The notes under the pieces were generated by a model that saw only the letters and a program-made list of their open reading frames with translations, ran no database searches and was not told where the DNA came from. A DNA stretch of 24,006 nucleotides from positions 1 to 24,006 of the forward strand of contig JAEOTZ010000066.1 in NCBI GenBank assembly GCA_016839585.1, in the 5' to 3' direction. Shown piece after piece: positions 17,319-23,179 of the stretch. This DNA comes from Promethearchaeota archaeon. GTDB lineage: Archaea; Asgardarchaeota; Lokiarchaeia; Sigyniarchaeales; SOKP01. The translations under genes were made by a program, and so were the position numbers. Position 1 is the first letter of the stretch. Every line of letters begins with the position of its first letter.

Positions 17319-17990
17319 TTATTGTTGTATTCTTTTTCTAAGAAAAGCAACTGAAACTACAGCAATTACTCCTATTATAGCAGCAATACCAACATAAATT
17401 ACAACATTTTCTACACCTATTGGAATTAAAATAGTCCACGAAGAAAAGTGATCCACTTCCGCAGTTAAATAGTCATCTTCAATTGTAGTAGGAACAGGAA
17501 CCCATTTGTCACCTTCATAATGTGCCCAAACACCATTTCTATTATGGATTGATGCTTTAATGCGTAATCTTGCTTGGATTTCTGAACAATTACATCCTAT
17601 TGAAATACAGAATCCTTCTCGATAAGTATATCTATTACGGGTTCTTGTATGAACCCTATAACCTTTTAATAATCCAAGCTCAGCTTGCTCTTCTGTACAA
17701 GTCATATTCATTAGACAATCACCAGATGTACTAAGCTCTAATATAAAATCCTTTGCTCCAATCTTCAAAGCTTCACATTCTATGTTTATACAAACACATT
17801 GATCGCAATCTATACGTATCTGTGTTTGATTACGAAATCGTATTGCATTTTCACCTGGATCTAGAGTACCACTATATTCATCTGTTGGAATATCTAAAGG
17901 CGATGCTGCTGCTACATTACTTATGCTAACTATGGAAATTAGTGCTATAAAAACAAAAGCTCCCAGTAAAATTTTATTAAATTTTTTCAT
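17319..17990 (-). CDS. Type I membrane/surface protein, Cys-rich, with a juxtamembrane HFS (GAIN/ZU5-like autoproteolysis) motif
   Basis: Signal peptide MKKFNKILLGAFVFIALISIVSISNVAA; 9 Cys; sequons NQT/NMT/NCS; W.....T......YLTAEVDHFSSWTILI; C-terminal TM plus RKR; AGGTG SD at 18001-18005. Confidence 0.85.
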   Translation of the reverse strand: MKKFNKILLGAFVFIALISIVSISNVAAASPLDIPTDEYSGTLDPGENAIRFRNQTQIRIDCDQCVCINIECEALKIGAKDFILELSTSGDCLMNMTCTEEQAELGLLKGYRVHTRTRNRYTYREGFCISIGCNCSEIQARLRIKASIHNRNGVWAHYEGDKWVPVPTTIEDDYLTAEVDHFSSWTILIPIGVENVVIYVGIAAIIGVIAVVSVAFLRKRIQQ

Positions 17991-18036
17991 TTTTTTTAAA
18001 CACCTAATTTAGTCTAATTTAAGAGAATTAAATTAT

Positions 18037-18068
18037 TATAAAAAGGATTGAGGAATAACTTTTCCCAA
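18037..18068 (-). promoter_or_regulatory. Putative promoter of the surface-protein gene: TATA (TTTTTATA, 18037-18044) with an imperfect palindrome TTGAGGAA-N5-6-TTCCCAA (18048-18068) immediately upstream
   Basis: TATA position predicts a leader of about 20 nt that would contain the SD; the palindrome abuts the BRE position. Confidence 0.35.
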
Positions 18069-18176
18069 TTAAAGGAAAAATTACAGAAAAGATTTAAGAA
18101 GAAAAAATCAACTGCTTAAAACCTTAAGTTTTAATATCATCATTTTGAAAATATTATTAAAGCCTTTCAGATTAAA

Positions 18177-18212
18177 ATATTAATATAGAATTCATATTAA
18201 TATAGAATTCAT
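18177..18212. repeat. Perfect tandem 17-bp direct repeat ATATTAATATAGAATTC x2 (+AT)
   Basis: Copies at 18177-18193 and 18194-18210, about 35 nt upstream of the ATG at 18245. Confidence 0.85.
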
Positions 18213-18244
18213 TTTATTTTTAATCGAAATATGGAGAAAAATTT

Positions 18245-20500
18245 ATGTCGTTAAAAGAATTCACTAAAGAAGTATTTACGAGGTATGGATTCGCTGAAGA
18301 ACAAATTAATATATATATAGTTTATTTAAGAGTGCCTCGTGCAACACCTTCTGAAGTATACATGACTCTAACCGAGGAACATAAAGAATTAACCTATGAG
18401 AAAGTATTAGAAATTACAAATTGGTTAGTTGAGAAGGGTTTTCTTAAAAGAGTTGAAGGTATTGTAGATAGATACATCCCTCTTGAACCCTACTTCGAAT
18501 TATTTACAACTGAATCAGAACTCTTTAGAAATGAAATTGCTAAAATAAAAGATAATATCTTAGCAGATCAATCTAACCGTTTTGAAAAACTTGAAGCTAT
18601 ACAAAACAAAAGTATAGGAGAAGTAGAAACTGCTGTTGATGGTCAAATTAAAGCATTTTTCGAAGATTCTGACTCAAAAAATAATATTAAGAAAAATAAA
18701 ATTGATAATGCAAGAACTCGCTTTACAGAAACTACTAAAGAATTAGAGACTAATATTCACACTATAATGGATACATTAAACACTGATTTAAAGAATATTT
18801 CAACTACAGCTGTAGGTGACAATGAGTCAACTGTCAATAAAACAAAAGATAATTTGACAACTTTAATTGCAGATTTGTTAAATGATTTTTCAACTCGTGT
18901 GGAGAATTTAGATAAAGAATTGAAAAGGGAGTTAGATGAGCACGTAGAAAGACATAAAACTACTGCAAATGAACTAAAACCAAAAATGGAACAGATTTTA
19001 GAAAAATATCTAGAGAGAATGGATAAGGTAGTTACTGATTTAAAAGAAAAAATTTCTGGTCTATTAAAAGAGCATATGAATCATGTGAAAAACACTACAG
19101 ATACACTTCAAACCAACTTAAAAGCAACTGTTGATGAGAGACATAGAATATTAACTGATCAAACTAATGATTTTAAAAGTATGACTCTTACTTTAATTGA
19201 TAATCTTCTTGAACATGCTAATCGTTTTACTGATTTTTCAGAAGATATGGCTAAAAAAGGATTTTTCTGGCTTGGAAAAAAGAAAAAATATAAAGCTAGG
19301 CATGAGACTACCATACAAAATATATTAACTTACACTGAACCTATGAAAGATGATTTTGTTAAAACGAGTGAGGATTATATTACTACGACCAGAGAAACAA
19401 CCGATCAAATAAAAACAGATGTAACTGATATAATGACTAAGGAAAATGATGGACTAGGCTCTGAAACCACTGATCTTGATTATAAAGCTCAAGAGACAAT
19501 TGATGCGCAATTAGAGAACTTAGCGACAGATATGGCGTCTGAAATTGATAGTACATTGCAAAGTGGAGTAAAAGACTGTTCTGATACCAATTTAAAGTTA
19601 AAGGATTCCACAGAAAGTACTTTAAAGCAACATCATAGACAATATGATGAAGCAATTAATAGGCATAAAGACGGCTCTTTAAGACATTACACTGATTTTG
19701 ACACTGAAATTAAAAGAATTAATGAAAACTGGACTAGAGATACAGATAGTAAATTTTCTGGAGGGAAAAGAGATTGCTCTGACAAAATTAATAATGAGAT
19801 TCAATTATGGAATGGAGAAACTAGTGAATTAGATAAAAGTTTAACTGATATGCTGGCTGATCACAAATCTAAATATGAAGAAAACGCGAAAACATTACAA
19901 AATAGTTTATCAAATACAACTCGAGACACCACACAGAATATTAAAGATGCCATTGCTGATTTTACACTCCAATTCATGAATTCCATCGATGATGGCACAG
20001 AATTAGCTGAAAATAATGAAGATAAATTGAAGGATATCCATCATGCATCTAGTTCAATTCCAGAAAGATCTAAAGTTACAACTTGGCATGTAGTTGGACG
20101 GGATGCAATGATTGCTGCAATAAAAGATGCAGTATATAGAACTAAATCATCGATAATCATTGTGACTCCAGTAGTAATTCCCGAAATTTTACAAGTTGTT
20201 TCTGAATTTGCATTCCAGAAAAAGGCAGCGCGATTCATGCTTACCTCCCAATGGGATTTGAAACAGTATGCCGGCATTATTGCGAAGATGAAGCAACTTG
20301 GAAATATTCAGTTTCGACAATTGTCTACCGCCGGAGAGTTCTTCGCTGTCACTAGAGATGCTGAGGAAACTATAATTGGTCCTTACACTGCCAGAGAGGG
20401 TGATATGATTAGTATTGTGAGCAATCAGGAGCAATACTCTAAGCTTTACGCACAATTTATCGGACCAATATTCCAGGCGAATTCTAGGCCGATAAAGTAG
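18245..20500 (+). CDS. TrmB-like protein: N-terminal winged HTH, ~530-aa helical/coiled-coil insert, C-terminal TrmB effector/PLD-like domain
   Basis: YGFAEEQINIYIVYL....ATPSEV...L....V......LVEKGFL....G...RY.PLEP (TrmB wHTH pattern); long helical region with 22-aa periodicity; TWHVVGRDAM...IKD...RTKSSIIIVTP...FAVTRDAEETIIG (TrmB C-terminal pattern, no HxK); GGAG SD. Confidence 0.8.
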   Translation: MSLKEFTKEVFTRYGFAEEQINIYIVYLRVPRATPSEVYMTLTEEHKELTYEKVLEITNWLVEKGFLKRVEGIVDRYIPLEPYFELFTTESELFRNEIAKIKDNILADQSNRFEKLEAIQNKSIGEVETAVDGQIKAFFEDSDSKNNIKKNKIDNARTRFTETTKELETNIHTIMDTLNTDLKNISTTAVGDNESTVNKTKDNLTTLIADLLNDFSTRVENLDKELKRELDEHVERHKTTANELKPKMEQILEKYLERMDKVVTDLKEKISGLLKEHMNHVKNTTDTLQTNLKATVDERHRILTDQTNDFKSMTLTLIDNLLEHANRFTDFSEDMAKKGFFWLGKKKKYKARHETTIQNILTYTEPMKDDFVKTSEDYITTTRETTDQIKTDVTDIMTKENDGLGSETTDLDYKAQETIDAQLENLATDMASEIDSTLQSGVKDCSDTNLKLKDSTESTLKQHHRQYDEAINRHKDGSLRHYTDFDTEIKRINENWTRDTDSKFSGGKRDCSDKINNEIQLWNGETSELDKSLTDMLADHKSKYEENAKTLQNSLSNTTRDTTQNIKDAIADFTLQFMNSIDDGTELAENNEDKLKDIHHASSSIPERSKVTTWHVVGRDAMIAAIKDAVYRTKSSIIIVTPVVIPEILQVVSEFAFQKKAARFMLTSQWDLKQYAGIIAKMKQLGNIQFRQLSTAGEFFAVTRDAEETIIGPYTAREGDMISIVSNQEQYSKLYAQFIGPIFQANSRPIK

Positions 20501-20571
20501 CGCGAGATTGACGGAAACCTAAAACCGAGAGACCTCCAATAAGATTATAATAAACTCGTAAAGAATCAAGC

Positions 20572-20601
20572 TTTTATTTAATTTTTATTTTCTACTTTTT
20601 T
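20572..20601 (+). terminator. T-rich tract downstream of the TrmB-like gene
   Basis: ttttatttaatttttattttctacttttttt in the convergent spacer. Confidence 0.4.
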
Positions 20602-20651
20602 AATTATAGCAATAAAACATAAGAACTAAAATAATGAGTTTGTTATTACCC

Positions 20652-21263
20652 TTATATGTAAGGTGAAATGTCAAAATCCTGCTCTAATGAAAGATTTATG
20701 AACTCATCTACTTCCTGCTGCGAGTCTCCATAAATTTTTAAAAGGAATCCATTATCTTTTTTCTCAATTTCGGCCCTAAAACCATAAGACTTTGCTTTAT
20801 ACTCGAGAACTTTTACCTTCTCTTCATTTTCAATCCCTTTAATTAAAAATTCGCCGAAATAATGACCTTTTGAAATTTTGCGGAGGTCACAAGCTTGTAC
20901 TCGTATAATTTTTCCGTTTGGTGCTTGGCATTTTAAGAATATTGAACCACCTGATGGTTTTTCAAGTAATTTAACTTCATTGTAAGTTCCAACTTTACAA
21001 AAAACAGTATCACCTATCTGGGCATTTTTTAATACCTCCAAGCCCATATCACGAGCAATCTTTCTGATAAAATCTAACCGCTTTTCTTCTTTTTGTATCC
21101 ACTTACATGCCCTCCGTATTAAAGAAGGTATCTTTGAAAATTCACGATTTATGATAAGTCGAGCATGTAATCGAAAATAATCGCAAAGAGGATAATCTTT
21201 TTCTAAGTCATATATCCTATAAGGACAATTCTTAAAATCTTGATCACAGACAATATCCGTCAT
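20652..21263 (-). CDS. Hypothetical protein (Cys-rich N-terminus, SH3/KOW-like middle, small alpha/beta C-terminal domain)
   Basis: 203-aa ORF with ATG start and normal composition, with no competing ORF; no family recognised. Confidence 0.75.
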   Translation of the reverse strand: MTDIVCDQDFKNCPYRIYDLEKDYPLCDYFRLHARLIINREFSKIPSLIRRACKWIQKEEKRLDFIRKIARDMGLEVLKNAQIGDTVFCKVGTYNEVKLLEKPSGGSIFLKCQAPNGKIIRVQACDLRKISKGHYFGEFLIKGIENEEKVKVLEYKAKSYGFRAEIEKKDNGFLLKIYGDSQQEVDEFINLSLEQDFDISPYI

Positions 21264-21336
21264 AATCCGAATTATAATGTAACTAATATTGAATTAATTA
21301 TGAAAAAAATGGTTGATAAATTATTTAAAATTATTC

Positions 21337-21561
21337 TTATTTACCTCCAATATATTTACTAAGTTCATTAAGCTTTTCTTGCTTAATTTCTATTCCTGTT
21401 TTTGTTTTTATTTGTTCAAAAATCTTAATTATCCATGTATCTTCATCCCAATTATCCCAGATCTCTAATAATATTACATTCTTTTCTTTGCAAATAAGGC
21501 GCTTTTTTCTATCTGGTTCTTGTTGATTAGGAAACGCTTCACTGTGGTGATAGAAAACCAA
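21337..21561 (-). pseudogene. Probable C-terminal remnant of a PD-(D/E)XK / Vsr-DUF559-like endonuclease
   Basis: HH...NQQEPDRKKRLICKEKNVILLEIWD resembles the H...Q...D..K...C...(g)I.L..I tail of these nucleases. TTG start, and I could not find the expected upstream D...E-x-x-G catalytic strands in the adjacent sequence. Confidence 0.45.
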
Positions 21562-21689
21562 GGGATTTCCAATAAGATTAACATAAATTCGTAAAAATCT
21601 AGGCTTTTATTTAATTTTTACTTTTTTTTATTGTTTTTTGACAACACGTTAAAAGTAAAAATGATAAAAAGTATCCAAAAACGAGGACT

Positions 21690-21699
21690 AAAAAAAAAA
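21690..21699 (-). terminator. Oligo-T (T10) terminator after fae-hps
   Basis: A10 run on the + strand directly after the minus-strand TAA at 21701-21703. Confidence 0.55.
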
Positions 21700-21700
21700 T

Positions 21701-22987
21701 TTAATCCCATGTAGCTTTCTTTACTGACTCGTCATCATCTTCGCTATGAATTCGTTTCAAATTAATGTCTTGATATCCGGGGAGAACACTTAACATCCTT
21801 CTCATTGCAAATTCAACATCTTTCGCGCTGGCTATAAATCTGCCAACAATAAGAATATCTGCTCCTTGTTCTAAGGCATACACAGCAGTACTGGGTTCGA
21901 TACCGCCAGCAACAGCGACTAAAACTCTATCTCTTCCCGAAGCTTTCCTTTGACCAGTATATAACTCTTTAATTTTTGGAACTAAACCCCATCTAGCTTT
22001 TTGAGCTGAGTCAGGAGATTTATCTCCCTCTATAGATTGCTCAACATCAATAGCTCTATGGATTATTACAACATCTGGGGTCTGCATGAGCGACCCCAAT
22101 TTCTCAATGGGATTTGGAACTTCCATTGTATCGACAAATGCATGAATTCCAAGTCGTTGGGCCTCCATAATAAATTTATCGAGTGAAGCAGTAGAAGCTA
22201 AACCACTTGCCACAACTCCATCAGCAGTAGCATCAAAAGCAAAATCAACTTCTAATTTTCCAACATCTAAAGTCTTTAAATCAGCAACAATAAACTTATC
22301 TTTCGCAAGCTCACGAATCTTCTTAATGGATTCAACGCCATATTTCTTGAGAAATGGTGTACCAACTTCTAGTAAAATTCTATCACTTTTAGGTAATTGA
22401 TTAACAACTTTCATTTGCTTTTCCAAGGCAGGATGGTCTAAAGCTACCTGTATATAAGGTGGACGCCATAGTCTAGGGACTCTAATCCCTGCAACTGGAT
22501 GTTTAGCCCTATCTTTATCATAAAAAATCTTTTCAATTGGAGGATATCCTCTTAAAGCTCTCTGAATTGCTAATTTTGTAGCGCCATAATTATATTGATA
22601 AATTTTACGATAATCTTTGGCATCTGGATGAATATATACAGTTGCGATTATCAACCAATCATCTATTTTATTCATTGGAATAATTCCTTCTTCAACGGCA
22701 TCAGCTATCCCTTTAGCAACAGCAGCTTGAGCAGGTCCAAAGATTTTGCTTGCATCTTCCATTTTAGCAACAGTTACTTTGGGAACAATTATTGCATATG
22801 GACGAGTCAAGAGATTTGGTCTGATTCCTGCTAATAACCCCCCATGCCCTTTTGAAGGTGATCCAATCGCATTCGCAAATGAGATACCTATAGGTCCATT
22901 CTTAGAACCTATTACTAAATCTATGTGTGCTAAATCAGCTCCTTCTCCAACAAGCGCCTCGCCAACGTAATACTCAGGTTTTGGCAT
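21701..22987 (-). CDS. fae-hps: Bifunctional formaldehyde-activating enzyme / 3-hexulose-6-phosphate synthase (Fae-Hps)
   Basis: Fae: GEALVGEG..LAHIDLVIG, PNL, PKVT, GPAQAAVAK..AD.VEEG, YNYGATK.AI.RA. Hps: YIQVALD, LEVGTP, ADLKTLDVG, HRAID, VAGGI, GADILIVGR. ATG at 22987 chosen; an in-frame GTG at 22996 is the alternative start. Confidence 0.95.
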   Translation of the reverse strand: MPKPEYYVGEALVGEGADLAHIDLVIGSKNGPIGISFANAIGSPSKGHGGLLAGIRPNLLTRPYAIIVPKVTVAKMEDASKIFGPAQAAVAKGIADAVEEGIIPMNKIDDWLIIATVYIHPDAKDYRKIYQYNYGATKLAIQRALRGYPPIEKIFYDKDRAKHPVAGIRVPRLWRPPYIQVALDHPALEKQMKVVNQLPKSDRILLEVGTPFLKKYGVESIKKIRELAKDKFIVADLKTLDVGKLEVDFAFDATADGVVASGLASTASLDKFIMEAQRLGIHAFVDTMEVPNPIEKLGSLMQTPDVVIIHRAIDVEQSIEGDKSPDSAQKARWGLVPKIKELYTGQRKASGRDRVLVAVAGGIEPSTAVYALEQGADILIVGRFIASAKDVEFAMRRMLSVLPGYQDINLKRIHSEDDDESVKKATWD

Positions 22988-23179
22988 AAATATCACAACT
23001 AATTTTTCTTTTAAACCTTACTTTTTTTGTATATCTTGTAGATATTTTTTATTTATAATAGTGTATTTTATAGGTAATATAAAAAAATATTTACCTACAT
23101 GAAATTAGAGTTAATACACCATATATTAAAATTTTCATATGATTGATATATTAAAGATTCTATTTTTAAAGAACTAATT

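Noticed and set aside
18177-18212. CRISPR repeat or IS target-site duplication
   Set aside because: Only two directly adjacent copies, with no spacers, cas genes or transposase nearby.
20068-20500. Active phospholipase D/nuclease domain at the C-terminus of the TrmB-like protein
   Set aside because: The HxK of the HKD motif is absent (GEFFAVTRD); it fits an inactive TrmB-type effector domain.
18245-20500. Call as SMC/Rad50, chemoreceptor or ESCRT-III/PspA
   Set aside because: No Walker A/B motifs, no CxxC hook or hinge, and no MCP signalling-tip consensus; the termini match TrmB domains instead.
20501-20560. GC-richer 3' UTR with short complementary segments (CGAG/CTCG, ATTG/CAAT, CGG/CCG), considered as a SECIS-like or other structured RNA
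   Set aside because: Stems are too short and discontinuous, there is no convincing GA quartet, and the upstream gene has no in-frame TGA.
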